A DNA stretch of 20,000 nt from an uncultured virus (IMG/VR IMGVR_UViG_3300025000_000001) (IMGVR_UViG_3300025000_000001); one strand, 5' to 3'; positions 7,795-15,733 are shown, counted from the first letter of the stretch. Numbers and translations are program-made. The notes: generated from the letters alone by a model not told the origin.

Positions 7795-8169
7795 TTAGAT
7801 TGTAGCAAAGAAATCCGCAAACTTGCAGAGAGTATTGTAAGTTCCAACGGACATTCTAACTCCGGTATTAGGGATTCCAGTCCGCAAATACCAAGCGTAA
7901 ATTTTCAAATACCACTTTGAGAGTAATTTACGTTCAGCAGGTGTAAATTGGGCCAAAAATTCACGCTTACCGCGTCCATAATTTTTGTGGTCGTAAGTTT
8001 CAACAATCACAAAGAGGCGTTTAATATAATCAGAACCAAAAACAGTGACGGTTTTTACACCGCGAAAGTCTACTTGTGGATCGTCTTCATCACTCCGCAA
8101 ATATTGGAGGGTTTCATCGTTCATGTAGAAATTATTCATAACGTCATTCAGGACAGTTTGTTTACCCAT
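7795..8169 (-). CDS. hypothetical protein (124 aa)
   Basis: AAGGAG RBS, own promoter. Confidence 0.85.
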   Translation of the reverse strand: MGKQTVLNDVMNNFYMNDETLQYLRSDEDDPQVDFRGVKTVTVFGSDYIKRLFVIVETYDHKNYGRGKREFLAQFTPAERKLLSKWYLKIYAWYLRTGIPNTGVRMSVGTYNTLCKFADFFATI

Positions 8170-8197
8170 TTTTATCTCCTTATCGTTTGATAATTCA

Positions 8198-8225
8198 ATT
8201 ATATCATATATTCGCCAGAATGCAA
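8198..8225 (-). promoter_or_regulatory. sigma70-type promoter
   Basis: TTGCAT-16-TATAAT with TG extension. Confidence 0.7.
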
Positions 8226-8256
8226 GGTTAAAAGGGCATCAATTTTCCGCCAATAT

Positions 8257-8478
8257 TTACCATAAACAGGCATTCATAATTTCGACGGCTGATTTCAAGG
8301 TAATGATACCATCCGAATCATATTTAATTCCAGAATCAGATGTATAGTCCAGAAAGAAATCTTTAGAGCGGATTAACGGCAAAACATCCGAAGGGCTAAG
8401 TCCCTTGTTTTTCGCCTTAGTATACCCGATGATGTATCCCCTAATTTCCGCTTTTAATTCATTTGATAAAGTTAGCAT
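8257..8478 (-). CDS. hypothetical protein (73 aa)
   Basis: Tandem GGAGTAAAA RBS copies. Confidence 0.75.
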   Translation of the reverse strand: MLTLSNELKAEIRGYIIGYTKAKNKGLSPSDVLPLIRSKDFFLDYTSDSGIKYDSDGIITLKSAVEIMNACLW

Positions 8479-8523
8479 GTTTTACTCCTTTTTACTCCTA
8501 ATTTCCGCCATAAAATAGCATTT

Positions 8524-8736
8524 TTAGATATGTGTACCAGAAGGGTTAAACTCTTTTTCTTTTCCTTCACCCTTCTTAATGGCGTAGTTTATGATCTTCT
8601 TCATTTCTGCTAAAGTTCCGACAAATGGGGGATATGAATTGTAAACAGAATCTTTGCGAAAGAATAAAAACCAATCTCCAGTTAATGAATTCTGTACAAT
8701 CTCAATACCCTTATAGTCTACCTTGTTTTGCGCCAT
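8524..8736 (-). CDS. hypothetical protein (70 aa)
   Basis: AAGGAG RBS. Confidence 0.75.
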   Translation of the reverse strand: MAQNKVDYKGIEIVQNSLTGDWFLFFRKDSVYNSYPPFVGTLAEMKKIINYAIKKGEGKEKEFNPSGTHI

Positions 8737-8738
8737 GA

Positions 8739-8933
8739 TTACTCCTTGAACATCCGATCAAAGTAGATTTGTGAAACTTCAAATTTCCAGTCTTCAGACT
8801 GAGAATCAAGCCAGTCTCTAAAATACGCCATAGAATCAAGTTTGGTTGCATTCTCTGTTAGTGGCCCTTCAGCATAGCAGAGATTGAAAAGTTCTTCTAG
8901 CACATCGTTATATTCTTCAGGTGAGATATCCAT
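8739..8933 (-). CDS. very acidic small protein (64 aa)
   Basis: GGAG RBS; 16 D/E versus 5 K/R. Confidence 0.75.
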   Translation of the reverse strand: MDISPEEYNDVLEELFNLCYAEGPLTENATKLDSMAYFRDWLDSQSEDWKFEVSQIYFDRMFKE

Positions 8934-8959
8934 TTTTGCTCCACTAAATGACAGTTTTA

Positions 8960-9172
8960 TTATCCGACTTTGACAAAAATCTTGACAGTTCCCATTGCTG
9001 GATTTATCGCCATTAATTCAATTCGATAACGAATTTCGTTATCACCAACAATTAAATCTCCGGCAAAAATTGCCATTTCTTCACTGGTAAAATGTTCTAA
9101 AAATCCGACAAAATTTGAAGTTTCAAATCCGTTTTCGTAAAATAAAATCTTCATTCCGTTTACTGAAGTCAT
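8960..9172 (-). CDS. hypothetical protein (70 aa)
   Basis: AAGGA RBS, own promoter. Confidence 0.75.
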   Translation of the reverse strand: MTSVNGMKILFYENGFETSNFVGFLEHFTSEEMAIFAGDLIVGDNEIRYRIELMAINPAMGTVKIFVKVG

Positions 9173-9194
9173 TTTTTATTTCCTTTCTACTATG

Positions 9195-9222
9195 ATTATA
9201 CCGCGATTTGCGCCTACGTCAA
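9195..9222 (-). promoter_or_regulatory. sigma70-type promoter
   Basis: TTGACG-16-TATAAT; the -35 contains the upstream TGA stop. Confidence 0.75.
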
Positions 9223-9371
9223 GAGTCAATTTCTGCAAAGTCACTGAAAGCCCATTCAACCCACTTGTTAAACATTTCATCCCACTCTGCCGGGTCATCT
9301 GGAATTCTGATTCCTTTTTCTGCGTACCATGCTAAGGCGTGGTCGTTCATTGTCGTTTTTGAGTTGTCCAT
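9219..9371 (-). CDS. acidic Trp-rich hypothetical protein (50 aa)
   Basis: Not in track: MDNSKTTMNDHALAWYAEKGIRIPDDPAEWDEMFNKWVEWAFSDFAEIDS*. Confidence 0.65.
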   Translation of the reverse strand: MDNSKTTMNDHALAWYAEKGIRIPDDPAEWDEMFNKWVEWAFSDFAEIDS

Positions 9372-9385
9372 TTTGCGCCTATGTC

Positions 9386-9598
9386 CTAAAAACAAAGATG
9401 ACTATAGAATTTCACGGCATAACTCAGGCTTGAAAATTCTTTAACTGTTTTTCCATTGATATTTAATCGAAAAACCTGATAATTCGAGAGATAGTCTTCA
9501 ATTACAAAAACGTGGAAAAGTTCTTTATTACCATATTGATTAGCTTCAGCCGCCAGAAGTACACTATATTCACCCGACAAATCGTTATACTCAGTCAT
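9386..9598 (-). CDS. hypothetical protein (70 aa)
   Basis: AGGAG RBS. Confidence 0.75.
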   Translation of the reverse strand: MTEYNDLSGEYSVLLAAEANQYGNKELFHVFVIEDYLSNYQVFRLNINGKTVKEFSSLSYAVKFYSHLCF

Positions 9599-9685
9599 TT
9601 TTTAGCTCCTATTTTTCCGCCATAAAATACTTCTTTGATTATTCCGACTAAAACGATCAGAATTCCCCCTAAAATCCTGATTTTA

Positions 9686-9991
9686 TTAATCTAAAGCCTT
9701 CGAAATTGCCATGCGCGCGGCAGTTTTCAAAATACAAGTTTGCCCGGCCTGAGTCAAGAAATCTCCGCATTCCTTTAATTCTTTGCCGGTTTTCCCCCAA
9801 TTTAGACGCATTGCCAAATTATCCCAAGAATTCAACGGGATATTATTCAGGTGTGCATCAGTTTTGAATTTAGATTCCAGATTTTCAATTCCAAAGTTTG
9901 AGACAACGGCAGAAACGAATTTTCCGGCAAATTGCTCATAATACTGGTTGAAATTGCATTCCTGACTCAGATATTGTTTTCGCGTGTACAT
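9686..9991 (-). CDS. conserved phage-type hypothetical protein (101 aa)
   Basis: AAGGAG RBS; MYTRKQY...QYY.QF...D.HLNNIPL..WD...CILK.AAR motif. Confidence 0.85.
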   Translation of the reverse strand: MYTRKQYLSQECNFNQYYEQFAGKFVSAVVSNFGIENLESKFKTDAHLNNIPLNSWDNLAMRLNWGKTGKELKECGDFLTQAGQTCILKTAARMAISKALD

Positions 9992-10040
9992 TTTTGTCTC
10001 CTTAGATTTCTGTTTCTACCATACTCCAATTTCTTCTTAA

Positions 10041-10068
10041 AGTATAGCAGATTTTTGGTATATGTCAA
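10041..10068 (-). promoter_or_regulatory. sigma70-type promoter
   Basis: TTGACA-16-TATACT with TG extension. Confidence 0.75.
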
Positions 10069-10080
10069 TGGTGAACTTTG

Positions 10081-10482
10081 CTAAAAATCGAAGTTGTCCC
10101 AACCTTTAGCGCCTTCCCATTCTGGAAGGCGGCGAATTGCCCAGTCCTTAATCCATTCGAGAATTTTCTTGGCTTGCGATTTCTCCCAACCTTCAAACTC
10201 ACAACTCTGGTAATCAATGCAGGAAATAGCCTTCAGGCATTCAATGGATGAAATCTTTGGGGTGAAAACAAACTCATAAGGATGTGTAGAAACAGAACTA
10301 TTGTACAAATCGTTGACGCTTTTATAATTCGCCTTAATCAAAACTTCGCCCAATTTCTGCAAATCTTTAACGTTGTCAAAATTGTAAATCTTGCGCCCCA
10401 GACGAATCCGATAAAGATTGTGGGCATTTGACCAAGATAAAACGGCGTTGATCGTAGAATCCTGTACAATGAATGCGCTCAT
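10081..10482 (-). CDS. conserved phage/MGE-type hypothetical protein (133 aa)
   Basis: Start moved to MSAFIV (10482), AAGGAG RBS; N..SVN.LY...LKAI.C.DYQSCE...W..S.A...LP.W motif. Confidence 0.85.
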   Translation of the reverse strand: MSAFIVQDSTINAVLSWSNAHNLYRIRLGRKIYNFDNVKDLQKLGEVLIKANYKSVNDLYNSSVSTHPYEFVFTPKISSIECLKAISCIDYQSCEFEGWEKSQAKKILEWIKDWAIRRLPEWEGAKGWDNFDF

Positions 10483-10637
10483 TTCTAAAATTCTCCTTTT
10501 ATTATCTGAATTGGTTATAAATTTTACTCTATCGAAGTTCCAAAGAGTATCCATGCTAGATTCCGACTTATGAATTGCCGGACAAAGGGATTTGTTACCC
10601 TTCAGAACTTCTAACAGTAAACTTTATTCTTGAATAT

Positions 10638-10666
10638 AGTTTACTTGATTATTCCGAAATTGTCAA
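10638..10666 (-). promoter_or_regulatory. sigma70-type promoter overlapping the 3' end of the upstream gene
   Basis: TTGACA-17-TAAACT. Confidence 0.65.
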
Positions 10667-10954
10667 TACCCAATTTTCGGGTAGATTGTCCTCTATTCCA
10701 TATGCCCAATTCGCACTATTTTCCTCTTCATCATCATAAACGGCGCAAACTTCAAGGTAAGTACCAAAATCATGGGGAAAAGATTTAATAGTGAAATATC
10801 CAATTACATCTTCTGGCGTAGGAAACAGAGACTCTAACAGTGATTTGAAACGGCGCGCCTCCTCTAGCATTGCGGGCATATAGTTTTCTTTGTCGGTAAC
10901 ACAAACACAGTTTTCGTTAACCGGGGAAGTTCCAAGAGTGATATAATCTCGCAT
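10649..10954 (-). CDS. conserved phage/MGE-type acidic hypothetical protein (101 aa)
   Basis: Start MRDYIT, AAGGA RBS; P..E.C...FP...F.IKSFPHDFGTY.EV...YD...LPENW motif. Confidence 0.85.
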   Translation of the reverse strand: MRDYITLGTSPVNENCVCVTDKENYMPAMLEEARRFKSLLESLFPTPEDVIGYFTIKSFPHDFGTYLEVCAVYDDEEENSANWAYGIEDNLPENWVLTISE

Positions 10955-11001
10955 GATCAAAATTCCTTTTATCCTTATCTGTTTTATTTTTCGATGATTG
11001 A

Positions 11002-11030
11002 AGTATAAGCGATATCTTTTGTTTTGTCAA
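11002..11030 (-). promoter_or_regulatory. leftward promoter of the divergent pair
   Basis: TTGACA-17-TATACT. Confidence 0.85.
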
Positions 11031-11180
11031 GCGGTTTTATAAACTCATTTTATACCAGTTTTACGCCCAAAAAAGCTAAAATCAGTCTGTTTTGAGCGCA
11101 TAAATCGCTTATTTCATTTATGTTTAACGCCGGTTTTTGTCGGTAAAATAGACCAGGTTTATCAGATTTGAAAAAAAGAC

Positions 11181-11208
11181 TTGACATTATAGGCGATTTG
11201 TGTATAAT
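11181..11208 (+). promoter_or_regulatory. rightward promoter of the divergent pair
   Basis: TTGACA-16-TATAAT. Confidence 0.85.
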
Positions 11209-11240
11209 ATGATCATATTCAATAAACAGGAGAAACGATC

Positions 11241-11543
11241 ATGGCAAAAATTCACCCGAATTATACTAAATACCCCGGATTTTATAACAAAAATGGGGAT
11301 TTAACTTATTTTGCGTTTGCGTGTGGTTATTATCAGAAGTATGAAACAAAAACGGAATCGGTTGAACTGGAGAAAGATGGTTGTTTTCATGTGAAACGAT
11401 ATGTTGAATCTCCTGATCATAACCACGAAGTGATTAAGCGCGTAGAGTGGCTAACCTTTGACTCGGATGATTTGACTTCAGCCCGAAAAGCATACAGGAA
11501 AATTTTAGCAGAGATTAAGAAGTCTGAAAAGCGGCAGGAGTAA
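11241..11543 (+). CDS. hypothetical protein (100 aa)
   Basis: AGGAG RBS; G.LT.Y.FACGY motif. Confidence 0.85.
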   Translation: MAKIHPNYTKYPGFYNKNGDLTYFAFACGYYQKYETKTESVELEKDGCFHVKRYVESPDHNHEVIKRVEWLTFDSDDLTSARKAYRKILAEIKKSEKRQE

Positions 11544-11545
11544 AA

Positions 11546-11779
11546 ATGCAACCTAAAACTATTCAATTCAATTTTAATCGGAGCGTTTCAGTAGGAATTC
11601 CGACTGAAATTACACCTTATCAGAGAGAAATTGTCAAATATGCGGCTAATGCTTATTGGATTGTGCTTCAAATCGGACAAATTTACTCTTTTTCGGAATT
11701 TGCAGATGAAATTGCAAAGTATTATGATCGGAATAGTCCACAAACGTCTGAAGTGATTCGGGTTTTAAAACTGGTATAG
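11546..11779 (+). CDS. hypothetical protein (77 aa)
   Basis: AGGAG RBS, coupled. Confidence 0.8.
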   Translation: MQPKTIQFNFNRSVSVGIPTEITPYQREIVKYAANAYWIVLQIGQIYSFSEFADEIAKYYDRNSPQTSEVIRVLKLV

Positions 11780-11787
11780 TTTTACCC

Positions 11788-11817
11788 TTGACATTTTAGC
11801 ACTACTGGGTTTATAAT
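11788..11817 (+). promoter_or_regulatory. sigma70-type promoter
   Basis: TTGACA-18-TATAAT. Confidence 0.8.
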
Positions 11818-11845
11818 ACTCTTAGATAAAAAAAGGAGATAAAAA

Positions 11846-12013
11846 ATGAAATCTTACGCTTGGTATATCCGTTTTCCAGGTTCTTTCTATGCAAATGGGC
11901 CGATTCGTTTTAGCAAAAAGGTAAACGAAAAAGAATTACGGCAGTATATCAGAGAATCGTATAAGTATGATCGTTTGCCAAATGGTTTTGAATGCTGGAC
12001 AACTCGCGATTAA
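11846..12013 (+). CDS. hypothetical protein (55 aa)
   Basis: Not in track: MKSYAWYIRFPGSFYANGPIRF...RLPNGFECWTTRD*; AAGGAG RBS. Confidence 0.8.
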   Translation: MKSYAWYIRFPGSFYANGPIRFSKKVNEKELRQYIRESYKYDRLPNGFECWTTRD

Positions 12014-12039
12014 ACGAATGTTTTATAAGAGGAGCAAAA

Positions 12040-12288
12040 ATGCTATATTATGGTACAAACAATAAAGTTATTTACTGGACTAATCCGGTAAAATGGGAAT
12101 TCAAAAAAATTAATGGAGAATCCCCCAATTCGGATGAATTTCCTCAGATTATTGAGCGACTTTCCGAAGTTCTGAAGGTTGCAAAGCAAGAAGGCTATTT
12201 AGATATTTATCATCCAGTTCAGGTAGAAGACAAGGGAGTCATTATTACTGTCAAAATGGATTATGAATTTATCTCTTTTGTCTGGTAA
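12040..12288 (+). CDS. hypothetical protein (82 aa)
   Basis: Start moved to MLYYGT, GAGGAG RBS. Confidence 0.8.
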   Translation: MLYYGTNNKVIYWTNPVKWEFKKINGESPNSDEFPQIIERLSEVLKVAKQEGYLDIYHPVQVEDKGVIITVKMDYEFISFVW

Positions 12289-12297
12289 AATTGGTAC

Positions 12298-12326
12298 TTG
12301 ACACAACCGGATTAATCGGTTAAGAT
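12298..12326 (+). promoter_or_regulatory. sigma70-type promoter
   Basis: TTGACA-17-TAAGAT. Confidence 0.75.
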
Positions 12327-12368
12327 TATATCAGTAAATAAATCAGATATTTAGTACCAGGAGTAAAA

Positions 12369-12515
12369 ATGGAAAACCTTCTGAAAGAAGAAATAGAGCG
12401 TGCTAACCGATTGCTGAATTCTGGAGTGTTGGATAACATTTCATACTCGTATTGGAGAGGACGCTTAGAATCTTATCAAGAACTTTTGGAATTCATTCAG
12501 GAAAACAAAGCCTAA
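12369..12515 (+). CDS. hypothetical protein (48 aa)
   Basis: Not in track: MENLLKEEIERANRLL...EFIQENKA*; AGGAG RBS. Confidence 0.75.
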   Translation: MENLLKEEIERANRLLNSGVLDNISYSYWRGRLESYQELLEFIQENKA

Positions 12516-12566
12516 AATCCGTCTTTTATGATAGTTTTTACCGGATTTTCGGGTAAAAACTCCCTA

Positions 12567-12595
12567 TTGACAAGAATCCGATTATGCTTTATACT
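12567..12595 (+). promoter_or_regulatory. sigma70-type promoter
   Basis: TTGACA-17-TATACT. Confidence 0.85.
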
Positions 12596-12617
12596 GGAAT
12601 TATTCAAGGAGTATAAA

Positions 12618-12896
12618 CTGTCACTAACCGTAGGACAATTACGACAAATTTTATCTGATTTTTCAGATGACACACAAGTTGAAATTTTGGAATCCCATTA
12701 TAATGGGTCTGAAAATGATTATAATGAGGAATCCCCCAATGTCTACTTAGTTCATCCGGAATCTCTTACATCAGGATATCGCGATAATCCAAAAGATTAT
12801 TTAGACCCAAAAATTCTTATTTTTGCTAATTGGCAAATGGATTATATCGAATGGCAATATACCAGAAACGAATTGTTGAATTTGCTTGACAAGTAG
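12618..12896 (+). CDS. acidic hypothetical protein (92 aa), probable CTG start
   Basis: AAGGAG at 12606-12611 is followed 6 nt later by an in-frame CTG; the upstream ATG (12528) lies before the promoter. Confidence 0.65.
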   Translation: MSLTVGQLRQILSDFSDDTQVEILESHYNGSENDYNEESPNVYLVHPESLTSGYRDNPKDYLDPKILIFANWQMDYIEWQYTRNELLNLLDK

Positions 12897-12914
12897 TTAT
12901 TAATCGGTTATACT
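12886..12914 (+). promoter_or_regulatory. sigma70-type promoter
   Basis: TTGACA-17-TATACT. Confidence 0.85.
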
Positions 12915-12958
12915 ATCCTTACAACAAAAAACACGTTTTATCAGACAGGAGATTAAAA

Positions 12959-13330
12959 ATGGCCGCTCATGTACTTAACATCTTGCGTGAAATTGCAGAG
13001 AACAAGGTAAGTTTAGAACAAATCAAATCCGCTTGCGGATATGCGCCGGGTATGGATTATTTAGAATGTGATGACTGGCGCAAATTTTACTACGCGTCAA
13101 ACGTTGAAATTTGCGTAGAAATGGCAAAGAAGATTCTCCCCAAATATGATCAACTTCATCAGGTTTTGGGCTGTCCACGCAATTGTGAAGACTGGGGGAA
13201 TATGAAGTACTTCGGATTGAAAACGCGCCGATTAGGTAATTTTCGCAAACTGGCGAACAATGACGTTTTGTCAAATTATGAATTTGTCTATGATGACAAT
13301 TTCAGTATTAGAGACGTTGTAAAAGCCTAG
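12959..13330 (+). CDS. hypothetical protein (123 aa)
   Basis: AGGAG RBS, followed by a hairpin. Confidence 0.85.
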   Translation: MAAHVLNILREIAENKVSLEQIKSACGYAPGMDYLECDDWRKFYYASNVEICVEMAKKILPKYDQLHQVLGCPRNCEDWGNMKYFGLKTRRLGNFRKLANNDVLSNYEFVYDDNFSIRDVVKA

Positions 13331-13344
13331 ATAAAAGATAAGTT

Positions 13345-13389
13345 TTGTCTGTTTTCCTGCTGAAAATTGGTAGGAAAACAGGCAATTTT
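13345..13389 (+). terminator. long hairpin / intrinsic terminator
   Basis: TTGTCTGTTTTCCTGC...GTAGGAAAACAGGCAA followed by TTTT. Confidence 0.65.
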
Positions 13390-13394
13390 CACCC

Positions 13395-13423
13395 TTGACA
13401 CGCTGATTTTAGTATGATAAAAT
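13395..13423 (+). promoter_or_regulatory. sigma70-type promoter
   Basis: TTGACA-17-TAAAAT with TG extension. Confidence 0.85.
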
Positions 13424-13451
13424 TCTATTATCAGTAAATAAGGAGTAAAAA

Positions 13452-13607
13452 ATGGAAACAGAAATTGTAGGAACCTCAAAGCGTCAAATTCTTGAATTAT
13501 CGGAGTTTACTTATGTATACATTCCGATGACAAAAGAGGAATCAGATCGTTTTGCTCCGAATATTGTCAATCCTTGTTGGCGGATTCGTATTTATAAGGA
13601 ATCATAA
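13452..13607 (+). CDS. hypothetical protein (51 aa)
   Basis: Not in track: METEIVGTSKRQILEL...WRIRIYKES*; AAGGAG RBS. Confidence 0.75.
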   Translation: METEIVGTSKRQILELSEFTYVYIPMTKEESDRFAPNIVNPCWRIRIYKES

Positions 13608-13608
13608 A

Positions 13609-13782
13609 ATGAAAAAATTCAAGCGAATTATGAGCAAAATTGTCCCATTCAAAGGGAGTCAGGCATATGAAATTCAGATAGGTTCTATCGTATTTAGTCT
13701 GTTATATCCTCATTCCAACATGCAACCAGACAGGATAAATTGGGCATTAAAAGTCTGGATTGATAAGCATTGGAATAAATAG
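13609..13782 (+). CDS. hypothetical protein (57 aa)
   Basis: Start moved to MKKFKR, AAGGA RBS, coupled. Confidence 0.7.
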   Translation: MKKFKRIMSKIVPFKGSQAYEIQIGSIVFSLLYPHSNMQPDRINWALKVWIDKHWNK

Positions 13783-13783
13783 G

Positions 13784-14038
13784 ATGAAAACGATCCGAAA
13801 ATGCCGCCAGAAATCCGGTAATAAGGACTTTTATAGTCCTAATTACTGGCTGGGCTTGATTGAACTTCAGGAAAAGCGAATCAATTCGGAGGAATCCGAC
13901 AAAACTTATCAGCTTTTATTGGGTCTGGTAGAACTATGCCAAAAAGCTAAAGTTTGGTTAGACAAACAGGATAAAAATAGTCCAGTTATGAATAGGCTGA
14001 GTAAAAAGATAAGTGAAAACTCCCTATTGACAGGATAA
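13784..14038 (+). CDS. hypothetical protein (84 aa)
   Basis: ATG 1 nt after the upstream stop; no strong RBS. Confidence 0.6.
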   Translation: MKTIRKCRQKSGNKDFYSPNYWLGLIELQEKRINSEESDKTYQLLLGLVELCQKAKVWLDKQDKNSPVMNRLSKKISENSLLTG

Positions 14039-14055
14039 ACTTAATCGGTTATGAT
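14027..14055 (+). promoter_or_regulatory. sigma70-type promoter
   Basis: TTGACA-17-TATGAT. Confidence 0.85.
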
Positions 14056-14092
14056 TAGTATATCAGTAAAAACTAATCAGGAGAAAAAAGCA

Positions 14093-14680
14093 ATGGCAAC
14101 TAAGAAAAACTACCAATTTTATCCAGTTTTCAACGGTGTGAAAATTGAAGAAAAAACAGGCAATTGCAGAGAGTATTTGGAAGTGACATACTCACATGAC
14201 AAAAAGCTAAAAATTGAAGAGTGGCATTATCGTTTGCTGTATAATTTGGAGGATTCTCTTGCGCGTTGGGTACACAATCCGACTGATTATATCTCAGAGA
14301 AGGCATTAACGGACGCTATCAAAGAGTGCAAGCGACAACATGCCAAAATGGTTAAAGAAATCAAATTGGGCCAAAAACATCCGATTTTTGAAATCTTAAA
14401 GCCCATTGCAGAATCGACCCTTAAGCACTTTCGAGAAGATTTTTACCACTGGGACGCGTTACGAATTCAGCAGAATAATCCGACAAAGTTTGTCTGGATT
14501 ATCTCGGAATCTCATACTCATTTGTTGGATAATAATAACCGTTGGAATCGGGGTGTAATCGAATATACCGAAAAACAGACAAATGATACCGTTTATATCT
14601 ATGATAAGGGTAAACTGGTAAAATCTACCATTCAGACAGCAAAGCACTTTTTACAGACTGAATTCGAGTATGTAGACTAG
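14093..14680 (+). CDS. two-domain hypothetical protein (195 aa); C-terminal half paralogous to 3065-3433
   Basis: Start moved to MATKKN, AGGAG RBS. Confidence 0.85.
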   Translation: MATKKNYQFYPVFNGVKIEEKTGNCREYLEVTYSHDKKLKIEEWHYRLLYNLEDSLARWVHNPTDYISEKALTDAIKECKRQHAKMVKEIKLGQKHPIFEILKPIAESTLKHFREDFYHWDALRIQQNNPTKFVWIISESHTHLLDNNNRWNRGVIEYTEKQTNDTVYIYDKGKLVKSTIQTAKHFLQTEFEYVD

Positions 14681-14703
14681 AAAACTCCAATTTTATGTAC
14701 CGG

Positions 14704-14740
14704 AATTCCCCCAAATAAGATAATTTTTGGGGGAATTTCT
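14704..14740 (+). terminator. hairpin / terminator
   Basis: AATTCCCCCAAA-10 nt-TTTGGGGGAATT. Confidence 0.6.
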
Positions 14741-14815
14741 GGCTAAATTTTCGCCTGATAATTCGCCCAAAGAGGATGAAAATTATCAGATTTGAAAGTT
14801 GGTAGGTTTTAACCC

Positions 14816-14843
14816 TTGCAATTTTTGGGATTAGTGATATAAT
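14816..14843 (+). promoter_or_regulatory. sigma70-type promoter
   Basis: TTGCAA-16-TATAAT with TG extension. Confidence 0.75.
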
Positions 14844-14876
14844 TTATTTAATCAAGTTTAGAGGAGCGAAAATAAA

Positions 14877-15068
14877 ATGACATTATTAGAGAATTTGTGT
14901 AAAGTAAATAATCAGCAAGGCGGTACAATTCATCAATTTTTAGGTAAAAATTGGAATCAATTGAACGTCTGGAATTTTCAGGCAGAATATACCCAAATCG
15001 GATCATTTTTGTCTAAGATCGATTTGGATGAATTAGCTAAAAAGCATAAAATTGAAATCTACTGGTAG
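14877..15068 (+). CDS. hypothetical protein (63 aa)
   Basis: GAGGAG RBS; QGGTIHQ motif. Confidence 0.8.
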   Translation: MTLLENLCKVNNQQGGTIHQFLGKNWNQLNVWNFQAEYTQIGSFLSKIDLDELAKKHKIEIYW

Positions 15069-15075
15069 AATCCGC

Positions 15076-15104
15076 TTGACAAGCTAAAAATAATATGCTA
15101 TCAT
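15076..15104 (+). promoter_or_regulatory. sigma70-type promoter
   Basis: TTGACA-17-TATCAT with TG extension. Confidence 0.8.
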
Positions 15105-15127
15105 TGGATTATTCAGGAGGAGAACAA

Positions 15128-15307
15128 ATGTACACTGTAATTTATAGCACTATGTCACAAAAATATTGTTTACAGTCTAGTGACTGGACTGATTTAACTG
15201 ATTTATTGGAATGTATCCGCCAGCAGGGTTTTGTAACCAATTTAGACCTAATTACTCGCATTGAAGTTTTTCATCGCGGCATACAGGTTTATGACGTTCA
15301 ACCCTAA
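15128..15307 (+). CDS. hypothetical protein (59 aa)
   Basis: Start moved to MYTVIY, AGGAGGAG RBS. Confidence 0.8.
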   Translation: MYTVIYSTMSQKYCLQSSDWTDLTDLLECIRQQGFVTNLDLITRIEVFHRGIQVYDVQP

Positions 15308-15333
15308 TTAGGTAATAAAAGTATGATTTGATG

Positions 15334-15361
15334 ATAGGGCTGATAAACTCAGCCCTATTTT
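15334..15361 (+). terminator. intrinsic terminator
   Basis: ATAGGGCTGA-taaac-TCAGCCCTAT followed by TTT. Confidence 0.75.
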
Positions 15362-15480
15362 ACGCCAGAAATAGGATATAATTTGTCTTTTATGTCTCAT
15401 TTTGCGCCAGGGTCGCCGGTTTCCGACTAAAATTGTCTGAATTGTCACATTAAAGGATTATGAGAGTCTTAAATTTACTC

Positions 15481-15508
15481 TTGACATATGGTAAAAAACG
15501 ATTATACT
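15481..15508 (+). promoter_or_regulatory. sigma70-type promoter
   Basis: TTGACA-16-TATACT. Confidence 0.8.
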
Positions 15509-15544
15509 ATATTCAAGATTAGATGATAACAGGAGAAAAATCAA

Positions 15545-15724
15545 ATGTACACAGTTTTCGAGTATTTGGATAAGCATGGTCTGAATTGCCGTCGCCGCGA
15601 AAAAACATTTTCGACTCGCTCCTATAATGAGTGTATTCGTGAAATTGAAAAATCCGGGGGATATCAGATAAAAGCTACCTCATTTGGCACAAATCAGGAC
15701 GCTTATAATTTTTATGTCCGCTAA
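15545..15724 (+). CDS. hypothetical protein (59 aa)
   Basis: Not in track: MYTVFEYLDKHGLNCRRREK...AYNFYVR*; AGGAG RBS. Confidence 0.75.
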   Translation: MYTVFEYLDKHGLNCRRREKTFSTRSYNECIREIEKSGGYQIKATSFGTNQDAYNFYVR

Positions 15725-15733
15725 TATTGCCTA

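Noticed and set aside
245..9444. Plus-strand track ORFs in the left arm (245, 766, 1616, 2030, 3174, 3943, 5981, 7024, 7948, 9208)
   Set aside because: Antisense shadows of RBS-supported minus-strand genes, with no RBS or promoter of their own.
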